64,000 bases of DNA from assembly GCF_009914755.1 (NCBI RefSeq), contig NC_060932.1, one strand, 5' to 3'. The position numbers were made by a program, and so were the translations under genes. Within the stretch, counting starts at the first letter, position 1; each line of letters opens with the position of its first letter. Source of the stretch: the human T2T-CHM13v2.0 reference genome, Homo sapiens. Below, in pieces: positions 16,848 through 30,801 of the stretch. The notes beneath the pieces were generated by a model. It was given only the letters and a program-made list of their open reading frames with translations, did not search any database and was not told the origin of the DNA.

Positions 16848-17863
16848 TTACAATTTGGCATGTTTTTCCAGTGGCTGGTACCGGTTGTTCCTTTCCATGT
16901 TTAGTGCTTCCTTCAGGAGCTCTTTTAGGGCAGGCCTGGTGGTGACAAAATCTCTCAGCATTTGTTTATCTGTAAAGTATTTTATTTCTCCTTCACTTAT
17001 GAAGCTTAGTTTGGCTGGATATGAAATTCTGGGTTGAAAATTCTTTTCTTTAAAATGTTGAATATTGGCCCCCACTCTCTTCTGGCTTGTAGACTTTCTG
17101 CCAAGAGATCAGCTGTTAGTCTGATGGGCTTCCCTTTGTGGGTAACCCGACCTTTCTCTCTGGCTGCCCTTAACATTTTTTCCTTCATTTCAACTTTGGT
17201 GAATCTGACAATTACGTGTCTTGGAGTTGCTCTTCTTGAGGAGTATCTTTGTGGCGTTCTCTGTATTTCCTGAATTTGAATGTTGGCCTGCCTTGCTAGA
17301 TTGGGGAAGTTCTCCTGGATAATATCCTGCCGAGTGTTTTCCAACTTGGTTCTGTTCTCCCCGTCACTTTCAGGTACACCAATCAGACGTAGATTTGGTC
17401 TTTTCACATAGTCCCATATTTCTTGGAGGCTTTGTTCATTTCCTTTTATTCTTTTTTCTCTAAACTTCTCTTCTCGCTTCATTTCATTCATTTCATCTTC
17501 CATCACTGATACCCTTTCTTCCAGTTGATCGCATCAGCTACTGAGGCTTGTGCATTTGTCACGTAGTTCTCGTGCCGTGGTTTTCAGCTTCATCAGGTCC
17601 TTTAAGGACTTCTCTGCATTGGTTATTCTAGGTATCCATTCATCTAATTTTTTTTCAAGGTTTTTAACTTCTTTGCCATTGGTTCGAACTTCCTCCTTTA
17701 GCTCGGAGTAGTTTGATCGTCTGAAGCCTTCTTCTTTCAACTCGTCGAAGTCATTCTCCGTCCAGCTTTGTTCCATTGCTGGTGAGGAGCTGTGTTCCTT
17801 TGGAGGAGGAGAGGCGCTCTGATTTTTAGAGTTTCTGGTGTTTCTGCTCTGTTTTTTCCCCAT
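16848..17863 (-). pseudogene. L1 ORF1, disrupted
   Basis: MGKKQSRN...RYQPLEKHAKL split by a stop at 17534-17536 and a frameshift near 17050. Confidence 0.95.
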
Positions 17864-18438
17864 CTTTGTGGTTTTATCTACCTTTGGTCTTTGATGATGG
17901 TGACGTACAGATGGGTTTTTGGTGTGGATTTCCTTTCTGTTTGTTAGTTTTCCTTCTAACAGTCAGGACCCTCAGCTGCAGGTCTGTTGGAGTTTGCTGG
18001 AGGTCCACTCCAGACCCTGTTTGCCTGTGTATCAGCAGCGGTGGCTGCAGAACAGCGGATATTGGTGAACCACAAATGCTGCTGCCTGATCGTTCCTCTG
18101 GAAGTTTTGTCTCAGAGGAGTACCCGGCCGTGTGAGGTGTCAGTCCACCCCTACCGGGGGGTGCCTTGCAGTTAGTCTACTCGGGGGTCAGGGACCCACT
18201 TGAGGAGGCAGTCTGCCCGTTCTCAGATCTCAGGCTGCGTGCTGGGAGAACCACTACTCTCTTCAAAGCTGTCAGACAGGGACATTTAAGTCTGCAGAGG
18301 TTACTGCTGCCTTTTGTTTGCCTGTGCCCTGCCCCCAGAGGTGGAGCCTACAGAGGCAGGCAGGTGTCCTTGAGCTGTGGTGGGCTCCACCCAGTTTGAG
18401 CTTCCTGGCCACTTTGTTTACCTACTCAAGCCTGGGCA

Positions 18439-18702
18439 ATGGCGGGCACCCCTCCCCCAGCCTTGCTGCCGTCTTGCAGTTTGATCGCAGACTGCTGTGC
18501 TAGCAATGAGCAAGGCTCCGTGGGCGTAGGACCCTCTGAGCCAGGTGCAGGATATAATCTCCTGGTGTGCCATTTGTTAAGCCCATTGGAAAAGCGCAGT
18601 ATTAGGGTGGGAGTGACCCGATTTTCCAGGTGCCATCTGTCACCTCTTTCTTTGACTAGGAAAGGGAATTCCCTGCCCCCTTGCGCTTCCCCGGTGAGGT
18701 GA
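18439..18702 (+). CDS. L1 ORF0 homologue (antisense ORF in the L1 5'UTR), open, 87 aa; expression unknown
   Basis: MAGTPPPALLPSCSLIADCCASNEQGSVGVGPSEPG... matches the recalled primate L1 ORF0p N-terminus; GT donors after 18544 and 18629. Confidence 0.7.
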   Translation: MAGTPPPALLPSCSLIADCCASNEQGSVGVGPSEPGAGYNLLVCHLLSPLEKRSIRVGVTRFSRCHLSPLSLTRKGNSLPPCASPVR

Positions 18703-18869
18703 TGCCTCGCCCTACTTCGGCTCATGCACGGTGCACTGCACCCACTGTCCTGCACCCACTGTCCAGTACTACCCAGTGAGATGAACCTGGTACCTCAGTT
18801 GGAAATGCAGAAATCACCCATCTTCTGTGTCACTCATGCTGGGAGCTGTAGACTGGAGCTGTTCTTATT

Positions 18870-18880
18870 CGGCCATCTTG
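18870..18880 (-). promoter_or_regulatory. Intact YY1 site at the L1 5' end
   Basis: cggccatcttg = CAAGATGGCCG on the minus strand, at its canonical position. Confidence 0.8.
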
Positions 18881-19339
18881 GCTCCACCCCCTGAGAAAAC
18901 AATATTTTTTAGAGGCACAGTGAGTAGATTTTTCTTACTAGGATGGAGAATTTTAAAAAGCAAGTAGAGAGAAGGAAGGGTGGGAGGTATTACTATATTA
19001 GAACAAATATTTATCTAGCACTTTACAATTTATAAGAGATTTCTATGTAATTCCCATTTGATCTAAATACCTGTGATCCAGTATTTTTATTAATCCTATG
19101 TAAAAAATAAATATAGCACTGAAGCAGTTGGGAATTATTGTTATAAAATATAAATGAGCAAAACATAAATTTAACCTTTGATGAGCTAAAGATAAAAATA
19201 TAACAAAAATTAGGGTGGGGTAGAGGGTAGGTGCAAGGTAGAGTGTGATAATTTAATCTTTCATTACAAAGAGGCTGATTAAAGTTAAGACACATGGTTT
19301 CAAAAGTGACATCAAAGATTCTTAACATTTTTTTCTCAG

Positions 19340-19382
19340 CCTTAGAGAGATGCTTTATTTAGCAACCATATCTTCTGTGGAG
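19340..19382 (+). pseudogene. Relic exon I (43 nt, phase 2->0, stop-free)
   Basis: Branch-like ttaac plus tttttttctcag|C CTT...GAG|gtgaaa; LREMLYLATISSVE. Confidence 0.6.
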
Positions 19383-20102
19383 GTGAAACTTTATCTGAAT
19401 TTCAGTATTGTTTTCCATTTATTTTTAAATTTTATTTTTACAATAATCATGATTATTCAATTTTCCTTAAATTATATCTGCTCATCTGAGGTTTCCTTTT
19501 ACAAATTATGTATTTGTAAAGATGCTTAATAAAAGTTGGCAATGGCTATATTTGGGTGATGGGATATTTGTAGATTGTTAGGGTTTTTTCTTGGCACTTT
19601 TTAGTGTACTTTCTAAACTGAATGTGCATCATTTTTTCCTAAAACAATAAAGACATTATTCTTAAAATAAGAACTTCATGCAACTGATGTTCTGAGGAGT
19701 ATACTTTGGGGACCACTGATATTTATCATTATTTTCCAACCTTTTTGGATGAATGATCTCTTTCACAATAATGTATGATCCTGCCAAATAAAAATAAAAA
19801 TTATTTTCCAATTTTTATATGGCATGTAATAAAGTGATTTAGGAAAAAAGTTTTTATAATTATTATACTTTATTAAACATTAAATCATATTGGGTATTAT
19901 TGTCACTATAGTTTATCTTATTAATATTGTTTTCCGGGGGGGGGGGAGTACAGGAAATATTGATACACTTTTAAAGAATTATAATCAGGCAAATTAAACT
20001 AATGGGTCCGAGGAAGGTCATTTTGAGGCAAATTTGCATTTATCCTATTTCTACCCTCATTATCCTATATTTCAACATTTTCTCATATTTCTTCATTCAT
20101 TG

Positions 20103-20160
20103 ACTGATTATGGACACAAATTATGTCTTAAGGGACCAGAAATAGATGATTTAAAACGAA
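20103..20160 (+). pseudogene. Relic exon J (58 nt, phase 0->1, stop-free) with apparently mutated acceptor (AG->TG)
   Basis: Long pyrimidine tract ending cattcattg|; TDYGHKLCLKGPEIDDLKR then A|gtaatg. Confidence 0.5.
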
Positions 20161-20537
20161 GTAATGATATGAAGTTGTGACCAGCAGTGCTCTGTTGAGT
20201 CTGTCAGTGACTGCACCTGGAGCACCTTCCTTTGATTTCTGATGATTACTGTTATTTTCACTGTGCTTCCACTCCCAGGCTCTCCAAATGCTCCATTTGA
20301 GATTAACATTTTAAAAATAATTTTTATTTACATTAAAAAATAAGTACTGAAACAGTTACTATTATTAACTTTAATATCATGATCCCCTAGGAGAACTTCA
20401 TGAGCCCTTAAGGATTACTATTTGGAAAATGCCTAAATAGGAGCTGATGAAGGCATCGGCTTCCATGCAATTCTTAAGGAAAAGAGGGAATGTAGAGGGA
20501 GAAGAGCAGGTTAAGGGGCTAAAGTATCAGGCTTCTT

Positions 20538-20843
<306 letters not shown>

Positions 20844-22127
20844 CTAAATAAATATAATAATTGAGAGGTCTGCATTAGATGTGGCAGGGAGAACAAGCAA
20901 AAAGAGATTTCAGAGAAGATCACTGGAATTGGCAGAGGCCTTGAAGGGTAGAGTCTAGCATACAGAAGATGTAAAGCCACATTCTGTGAAGGTAAGTAGA
21001 TGTGTTTACCTCTTTTGCACTGTACTGGTGCATTATGGGGTAAATGTGTATTACTTTTCCTTGTATTGTTTAGCACAGAGTTTTGCCTATAGCAGGCACC
21101 AGACTGTGGGCTTGGTAGTACATGACTATTGGTGATTACAGATCAAAAAGGACTTGAAATGATCAGTTTAAGGTCTTGATGGGTATTGAAGACTCAAAGG
21201 ATGATGGCACCCTGGGAGTGATCCACAGAAGGACAGATTATTTGAAGATGTTAATAACTAAAGACAACATGGATGTTAAATGATGAAAAAAAGTTGGATG
21301 GAAAATAAACCATTGGATCTGCCTCTGGAGTCCAAGAAGAATATTATTCTTCCTACCTCCCCCTTACTCTGGCTCTTCCTATTGTAGCCACATGGGTCAG
21401 TAATGCCATTGAAAAACACAATTTTAGACTAAGTGGGGTCGCAGAAATTTTGGTCTATCTTAAATTGATGACATCTTATTAAAGAATTTATTGTATAAAG
21501 TGTGCTTATTCTGGCATTTTTTTAATGAAGAAAAAGTCAGTGTAATTCAGTGCACATTTATGAATTTCAAAGATCAATAAAAATGGGCAAAGTATATGAA
21601 CGCATAATCCATAGAAGAAGATATCTGACAAATGCAGTTCAATAAATATTTTTTTAAATAAAAATTAGCCTGTGGTAAGAATTGAAATGGAGAAAGAAAT
21701 AGAAGGTAGCCAGGTTACCTACAGCTTTGTATATGACACTACAGAGCTAGGACTTTATTCCATAGATGAGGGAAGTCTGCTAAAGTGTCTACATTGAACC
21801 CATTATTTTGCTAGCATTGTAGTTGATGTACCTAAAACAGACTTGAGCCGGTAGAGTAAGTAGGCAGACTTGTCCAAGTGAGAAAAAGATGAAACTGTGG
21901 TGAGGATAAAGAGAGAAAAGGAGCAGATTTAAGAAATATTAAAACTTGAAAGTACTAAGACTTGATGATGAACTAGATGTGTTAGATAAGAGATAGCATG
22001 GAGTCTAGTAAAAGTTCTGTTTTTCTCACTCGTGTGACTGCCTCAATAACACAAAGCTTGATAGGAAATAAACATGAGATAGCACATGGATCTATTACAA
22101 GTTTTTGAAATTGAGCTTGAAAAGCTA

Positions 22128-22630
<503 letters not shown>

Positions 22631-22993
22631 ATTAAAAAAAAAAAAAAATCAAAATGTATTTGTTTTTCAAATTGGTGCTACATGGAGTTAGGAAGTTTTG
22701 TATTAGTCAATTAGTTGTATATGGAATGGCATCCATCCTCCAAACTGAAATCACAAAATAAAATTTGGAGACAATTTTAAAAATAGCTTGAGGGAGTAAA
22801 TGTTGATTAATTATCTATAGTAATAATAGACATGGTAAAATATTTTCCTCAAGTGTGATTAAATACAGTTATTGTAAGGCTCTAGCCATTCAGTTCCAGT
22901 TAGTGTCTAAAATAAGAAAAATATTTATTTATATCTTACTTAGAGAACTTAGAAGGGGTACATATCTCATTTAACATTTCCATTTTGTATTAG

Positions 22994-23041
22994 CAAACAC
23001 AGTTTTAAATTTAGAGATTCTAATAAAGAAGCTCATTTCAG
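22994..23041 (+). pseudogene. Relic exon K (48 nt, phase 1->1, stop-free)
   Basis: ttccattttgtattag|...TCAG|gtatgt; NTVLNLEILIKKLIS; followed by a 72-nt intron containing ctaac. Confidence 0.65.
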
Positions 23042-23113
23042 GTATGTAAATGTTATCCCATGTAAAAACATTCTAACATTCAGTTTTCGTGGCATATGGA
23101 AATGCTCTTTCAG

Positions 23114-23296
23114 AAAGCTATGTAAAACATTTTGAAAAATCCATTTAATAACATGAAAATATATGCTGAAAAGTGATTGATGTCTTCTACTTTGGCACTG
23201 CTGCTTACTCAGAGTCAATTGATATAAATTCTATCTGTGAACATTCAAGTTTAACTTCATTTGGAATACTATCAAATAGATTAGACTGAATAAAAG
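23114..23296 (+). pseudogene. Relic exon L (183 nt, phase 1->1)
   Basis: ctctttcag|...AAAG|gtagga; SYVKHFEKSI**HENIC*KVIDVFYFGTAAYSESIDINSICEHSSLTSFGILSNRLD*IK. Confidence 0.65.
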
Positions 23297-23388
23297 GTAG
23301 GAAACAATACCAATGTGCAAAGCAGTGGCACATCTGTAAATGATGACATTATATTACAGGCTTAATAAACCGTTTCATTTCATTTTAG

Positions 23389-23483
23389 CTTTAGATGCAA
23401 TACTTCATATGGCTCAAAGTAAATTATTGAATCCTGGTAACAAGGAAATGAATAAGATTATTAGCATTGCAACAAAGCTCTGA
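23389..23483 (+). pseudogene. Relic exon M, probable last coding exon
   Basis: tttcatttcattttag|CT TTA GAT...; LDAILHMAQSKLLNPGNKEMNKIISIATKL then TGA; AATAAA at 23582-23587. Confidence 0.6.
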
Positions 23484-26400
23484 AACAAAATATAATTTGG
23501 AAAACACAAAGCTGATTATATGCAGGATAAGGAAAAAAATTAGAAACACTTTGTTCAATCAGAGCCTTGCTTTTGAAAATGAATAAAAGGAGTCAATATA
23601 TTACCATATAAAATATTGTACTTATGAGACCTTCATTTCTAAAGAACGAAGGATAATGTAAGATCTGTATTTTTATAGAGTGGGAGTAGGACCTAGTGCC
23701 TCCTTTCCATTTTAAATATGCATGTGCCCTGTCTTAATACTTTAATCTAAGACTGATTCTTTTTGCATTAAAATTCAGGTAGACTAAAGGAAAAAATTAC
23801 ATCTAAGGGAATCTGGAACAGATAAATGTCTTTTAGTACCTGAGTTACATATTACATGTTCCAAAATACTTGTCTTCCACTTTTACATAAACCCAGAGCC
23901 TCATGTTTTCCATAAGCAACAGGGCAGAAAACTTTTGTAAGTTAGAACTGCAGAGTAAATGAAGTAAAGTAAAACACTGAAATTATGCACAACCTCACTT
24001 TCCCATATGGCAAAATAAAATATATTGTTCTATAACAGAAATTGTAGTGCTTATAGAAAATATTCTATACCACAAAGCATTATATTTTTAATAACGTTAA
24101 TTCCCAGTGAACAAAGATATTAGTAGGAAAGGAATTCCAAAATTATTTTCCTACTAAAATTCTTTAAGGTTCCAAAATTCTTTGAACCTGAGATATGAAG
24201 TAGAATCTGATTTGTACCTATGGTGAAAGATGACCTCCTTAGCTTACCAAGTGTTCTAAGTGTTACTGATCATTTCCTCTTCCTGAATCACTAAGTACCT
24301 CTCTGATTAGCTATGGTGTTTACTGAATTCTTAGCATTATTCAGCTTCCCTTTAATCAAGTGGAGCCTTGTTACAAATCCAGTCAGTTTTTTCTTTGACA
24401 TGAGTCAGTAACTAGTTCTTGCATCTGTAAAGCTAAAAATCCTGTTCTGCCATTTGCTTGCCTGGCAGTTTAGTACTGAGTATGATTTAGTTAGAAGGAT
24501 GTTTAATGTTAGGGATGATTTGGATTGCATGAAATAAGATAGTCAGCTGGTGGAAGCCAACTCAGGCCACACATATTTAAGACTGAAGTGCTGAACCTGC
24601 ATGGTGCATGTAGCTGTTTGGAAAGTTGCCAGAAAGGAGTCACACAGCCTATGTGCAGCAGACTGGGTGTGGTCTAAAATGGCCTGAAGTTTCCAAATCT
24701 CCTGGCGTTTTTCCTCTTTGGATAACACCAAAACAATTTTCTTCATTATTGAAGCATCTGGCTAGCTCTACATTTTCTTTTTCTTATGATTAACTCAGGG
24801 AGAAAAATTTATTGAGGGGGAAGAAAGTTACAGCCTAATCCAAAATTTTTGCAGAAGATAAAGCTTAGTGGTACTAGAATGCACAAGTCTGTGTTTGTGT
24901 AGCTCTAAGATGAGGAAAATAGCAGTATCTTACTGTGTTCAGAAAGTAGAAAAATTTGAGTATAGTAAATCCATCAATCTCTCTAATATTTTCAGTAGAG
25001 GCTGAGTTCTTGCTTCAATTGCATTGCTACTTCATTTCTTTAACACCCATGAATTTACTAGCTTGTATCAAATCTAACTTTACTTTGAATGCAGTATATA
25101 AGTAGTAATAAGTTTTCCTTTGTAAAGCCTGAGCTACTCAACAAAAGTGTATTCTTTTACTTCTTAGGCAGTTGATCAGAGCTGTTAGCTCATGTTTCTG
25201 TAGATTGAACTTTAAAAAAAAGTTATTCCCTAATTCCACGCTACTATTTTATTTATCTCACAGTGTGAGTGAGGAGACCTATCTATTAGCTAGCTGGATT
25301 TTTAAAGTAATTCTTTACTCCGTATCTGGGAAAATCATCCCATCTTACTCTGTGTGAAAAATAAAGCTTCTCCATACCCATGTTGATAGAGTTATTACCA
25401 CACTCTAGGTCAATTACTGCTGCTTTTGGTGTTGTGAAGAACCACATCATATTTCTCAAGTGGCAGGTGTCTCCTTTTTCTCTTTCCAATTTTAATTCCC
25501 TTCCAGATGCATATCCCTCCTAATCTTTAACCTTGCCTTAATTATAAGAATTAAAATTATGTTTGTTGACTGAACTTAGTTCTTTTAGTGAAATAAAAGT
25601 CGTCACAAATTGACACATCCCTTTGGACATATATAGGTGTATTTACTGATGAACATCAGTTATTATCATCAAACTGATGCAACTGCTTTCAAATAAAGAA
25701 GCCATTTTATGTTAACTATATACAGAACCCCAGTTTTTGAAATTGTTTATGCGCAGTGTTGTTTTTTTTTATCCCAAACCAGCCTTCTAACAACATTGAG
25801 CATCTGAATAAACACTGTCTCAGGAAATAAAGAAAGGCATTGTATACTTCAGAGATCCCTGAAAGTTCTTTTGTTCCACACTAGATATAGCAACCCTTGG
25901 TTTCTTAAAGGTTTTCTACTGTATTTTTACTGTATTCTTTTTTCCAGAAACCTGAAACAATACTCCTGTACACATGAAAAGTCAGATTAGCCATGTAGGC
26001 CTAGTTCAGCTGTATGTATTTAATGAAATAAGTTTTTCCTTTCACTGTAGAAAAGAAGCACAGTAGAGAACTGGAGACTCTACATCAGAGATCCATAAGC
26101 AGTAGAACAGAGTTAAAACAAGAAGATATTATACAATATGGGAAGAAAGAAAATTGAGTTGACTACTAAAGAAAGCTGGACATCGGGATGTATATTTTTG
26201 GAGATTAGGTACCCAAATTACCCTTTAAAGCAGATTTAAAAAATACTACATAAAATAAAACATTTACATATTTTTAAATGGCATTGATGGGTTGGCAAAA
26301 AAAAAAAAAAAAGCCATGTCTAAAAAGAAACCAGGAACCATAAAAGATAATGTGGTATGTACTTTTGTTCTGAGAACTTCTGCTGAATCCTGGAATACTG

Positions 26401-26573
26401 GCTTTCCATTTTGACAGCTTCTTGGGACATGGAGAATACTAATGAAAACTCAGGGTCCATCGATGGTAGGAAGCCTAACAGGATACCCCTACACAAAGCT
26501 GAAGATGTGTAAAGGTGAAAGAAAGAAGGAAACACTAGAGACATTTGCCTGCATTAACAATAATGCTAGATAA

Positions 26574-26872
26574 GGCCAGGTGCAGCGGCTCATGTCTGTA
26601 ATTCTAGCACTTTGGGAGGCCAAGGTGAGTGGATCAACTGAACCCAGGAGTGTGAGACCAGCCTGGACAATATGGTGAAACCTCACCTCTACAAAAAATA
26701 TAAAAATTAGCTGGGCATGGTGGTGTGCATCTGTAGTCCCAGCTACTTGGAGGGAGGCCTGCCAAGGCAGGAGGATGGCTTGAGCCAGGAAGGTCAAGGC
26801 TGCTGTGATTGCACCACTGCACTCCAGCCTGGGTGACAGAGAGCCTATCTCTAAATAAATAAAAATTTAAAA
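26574..26872 (+). mobile_element. AluJ SINE
   Basis: Full dimer; flanking aatgctagata duplication. Confidence 0.93.
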
Positions 26873-27632
26873 ATAACAGCAATGCTAGATAAGTGGTGGA
26901 AGAAAGTAAAAACTTTTTTGAAAATATAACAGTAATGCCTGATAAGTGACGGAAAAAAGTAAAAACTTCCTTGAAAATATATAAGCACAAGTTCGCCCTC
27001 AATGGGTCTGAAAAAAACTTGAGAATTTAGCCTAGAATGTTCCTGGCTAATTGTGCACCCAGGGGACTGGCAGAAACAAGGAATTTAGTTTCCATCTAGG
27101 CCTCAACCACATTCTATCTACAGACATAATTCCAAGGAAGATATTTGCAGTCAAAAATCAACACCCAAGGATGTCATAAGTAAGAAAGCAATAGACCCCA
27201 AAACCATAAACATTGGGATTCTCAGGCAGAATATACAACCATATTTAATGTGATTAAAGAAATAAAAGAGAACCTTGAAAACACAGGTAACGTGGATTTT
27301 AAAAATAACTACTAGAAATAGAACTTTTAGAAACTATTAATAATTAAAATTCAAAACTCTGTGGGAAGATTAACCAGAAGACTATATGTGGCAGAAGACA
27401 GAACTGGTGAAGTAATTTCTGAAGAAAATGTAAAACACAGTCCAGAGAAACAAATGAAGACTATGATACAGAAGTTAATAGTTGTGGAGAACGGAGGGAG
27501 AAGGTCTAAAATACTTTTAGTTGGAGTTCTAAAAGGAAACTATAGAACCAATGGGGAAGAGAGAGTAGAATTCAAAAAGAACCCCCTAAGTTGTTGAAAA
27601 ACATTAGTCCTCAGATCAAGAAAGCTAAACAA

Positions 27633-27806
27633 TAGCCGGGTGTGGTGACATGCACCTGTAGTTCTAGCTATTTGGGAAGCTGAGGCAGGAGGATTCCTGG
27701 AGCTTGGGAGTTCAAGGTTTCAGTGAGCTATGATTGTGCCACTGCACTCCAGCCTAGGTGACAGAACAAGACCCTGTCTCCAAAAAAAAAAAAAAAAAAA
27801 GAAAAA
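27633..27806 (+). mobile_element. Alu right monomer (FRAM or truncated AluJ)
   Basis: Single right arm with A-tail. Confidence 0.88.
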
Positions 27807-30534
27807 CGAAAGTCAAATAAATTCTAAGATTAAGATTAAGAACTTCCCTTCATCAAAAATCACCATAAAGTGAAAAGATAAACCACTGGGAGATGATACT
27901 TGCAATATATATAACAAACAAGTGATTAGTGTCTCTCTAGAATATATATATGTATATAATGTGTATAATGTATATAATATATACATAAAATATATAATTA
28001 TGCATAAATGTAATACATATAACTTGCAATATATATAACCAAGGTATTAGTGTCTCTCTCCAATTAATACATACATATTTTATATATATAATGTATATAT
28101 GCACAAAAATATATAATTATACATAAAAATGTTATATAATCATATGTAACATTTTTCTTATGAATTAAAATAGAGAAATGGACAAATTCAACTTATTTCA
28201 AACTGAACTTACTATCTTCTTCCAGAGAGCAGCTCCACCTACTAACTCAGGTGAAAAAACCTCCAAATTATCTTAAACATCCTTCTAAATTATCTTAAAC
28301 ATCTTCCTTTGCATGCCTGTAGCCAATTAATCTCCAACTTTTGGTGATTCTATATCTGAATTGTTTCCTAAATTGTCCCCTTTTCTTCTAGTTCCACTGA
28401 CACTAACTTGGTTCAAATCTTCGGATACATATTCCCTTTAGCCTAGGGAAATACAATTCTAATTGATTTCCCTCTTCTTCCTTCATTATTCATTCTTTTT
28501 GCAGTGCCAACAGAAAGTTGTTTTTTGTTTTTTTAACACAGAACAAGCTTGTCATTCTTCTATTCAAAAATTCACCATGGTCTATAAATTTTGACTCTTC
28601 ATTTTTCAGTTTTATCAAATTATGCATACATATAGCTTAAAGAGTCATGGCCACTACTATTACTACTGCTATAACCATTTGGGTTCTCATAATGAATTTC
28701 CTTAGGGGTTTCCAGTGTCTTCTGATCAAACGAAAGAGATAGATAAAGATTTTCACAGTCCATTTTAAAATTTTTCATGAGAATTTCCTTGTCTGTTTAT
28801 CTTGGTCTGCTATTTGAAGGGCTTAGGATGCCTTTCCTTGTCTTCTCTATTCTGCCTCAGGGACAACTTAAGTCCTATGTAATTAGTTTTGATAATACTT
28901 TATATCAAAGCATATAACTATATGACTTAATTTATTACATACTTGGCTTTATTTAACTATTTCATATTTATTATTATTATCTCTTCAGCGACTTCCCAGG
29001 CCTATAAAATGCCATCTGAAGTAACTGCTTTCAAAATTTTCTTTCTGAATATTTTTATAATGTCCAGCACCATGGGTTAATCCAGTAACATGAATTATAG
29101 ATACTTAAATAACATATTAATTGGTCTAAATTTTAGGTGAATACATAAAGGAAGGAAGAAACTCAATCTTCCAGTAATATATACAGTTTTTGGAAATATA
29201 AATGCTGCATGGCTGATCATGCTATTTTTCTACTCATCCTTTCTTCCCTCCTCAAGACATTTTCTCCAAGAAGTCTTTTTCAAAACTTCGCTTTATGGTG
29301 GTTTTGGAAAAAATAAAATAAAGCAGGTTGACTCAGGGGTGGCAGAAAAGAAACCTTTAGCCAGCCAAAAAAAAAAAAAAGTCTCCCTTACTCCCTCAGC
29401 AGAGTTGGATTCCCAAATAGTCACAAATCAACAACAGTTAATGAGGCTGTTCTTACCACTAATAGTGCTTTACATTGCAGGGATTTCTGGTGGATCATTT
29501 GGCATTTTCATTTCCTTGACATATGCAGAAGGCATTTAAAGTTGTCAGATTAAAGATATTTCTATTACTTTAGACTTCTTGGAAATCTCAAGTGAAAAAG
29601 TACCATCATGGCACATGGAGGAAAACTAAATCTCTCCCTTTCCTAGTTTAGCTAATTTTTGTTGTTGTTATTGTTTCAACTTCAGATATAGTTGGGAAAA
29701 TATGTGTTTATTTTAAAATTAGCAATATGTGTTTATTTTAAAATTTGAAACAATTACTTTAAATATGGATTATTTAAAAGTTTTGCTAATTAAAATAAGG
29801 TATCAACACAGTGAATTTTCAGTATTTAAAAAATTAAGGTATTAACTGTACCCACATTCAAGATAAAAAAGGAAGAGATTCTGCTAAAATGTAGAATTTC
29901 GACTGATGGATAAAAACATCAGAAAACACTCTGGAATAAAATTCTGTTCATAGGCTGTGGTTACAAGTGCCTATTTTTAAACAACTTTATTGAGATATAA
30001 CTGATACACAAAAAACTGCACATATTTCATATACACAATTTAATGAGTTTGGACAAACGCATATACCCTTGAAATCATCACTACAGTCAAAGTAGTTATC
30101 ACATCCATCACCTCCAAAAGTTTCCCTATGCTCTTTTTTGTTTGTTTTTGTAGTAAGCACACTTAACCTGTGATCTACCCTCTTAACAAAATTTTTACGT
30201 GCACAACACAGTATTGTTAGTTGTAGGCACTGTGTTGTAGAGCACATCTCTATAACTTATTCATCTTGCATAACTGAAACTTTATACTCATTGACAACTC
30301 CCAATTTCCTCCTAACCCCATCCCCTGTCAACTACCATTCTACTCTCTTTCTTTGAGATTATTTTAGAAACCTTATATAAGTGGAATCATGTAGTATTTG
30401 TCCTTCCGTGACTGACTTCTTTCACTTATCATAGTGTCCTCAAAGTCATCTAAATTTGTTGCATTTGGCAGATTTCCTTCTTTTTAAAGGCTGAATTGTA
30501 TTCCATTGTATGTATTAAATATATACCACAATTT

Positions 30535-30801
30535 CTTTTTTTAATTATTTTTTAAAAGGTTTTAAGTTCAGCAGTACATGTTCAGGTTTGTTACATAGAT
30601 AAACTTGTGTTATGGGGGTTTGTTTACAGATTATTTCGTCACCCAGGTATTAAGCCTAGTAAACATTAGTTATTATTCCTGATCCTCCCCCCTCCTCCCA
30701 ACCTCCACCTTCTGATGGGCCTCAATGTGCATTGTTCTCCTCTATGTGTCCATATATTCTCATCATTTAGCTCTCACTTACAAGTGAGAACACGTGGTAT
30801 T
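30535..30801 (-). mobile_element. Short older-L1PA (about PA13-16) 3' end nested in the older L1
   Basis: gtttgttacatagataaacttgtgttatggggg...cacccaggtattaagcctagt. Confidence 0.75.

Larger units (their letters stand above)
26200..28200 (+). mobile_element. Ancient L1M remnants (5' region, ORF1-like and ORF2 scraps); boundaries approximate
   Basis: ORF 27361-27597 (RLYVAEDRTGE...RRSKILLVGV) resembles L1 ORF1p motifs. Confidence 0.6.

Noticed and set aside
19936-19946. G11 run and nearby G-rich patch at ~19213 as functional quadruplexes
   Set aside because: Too short or too few G-tracts, with no supporting context
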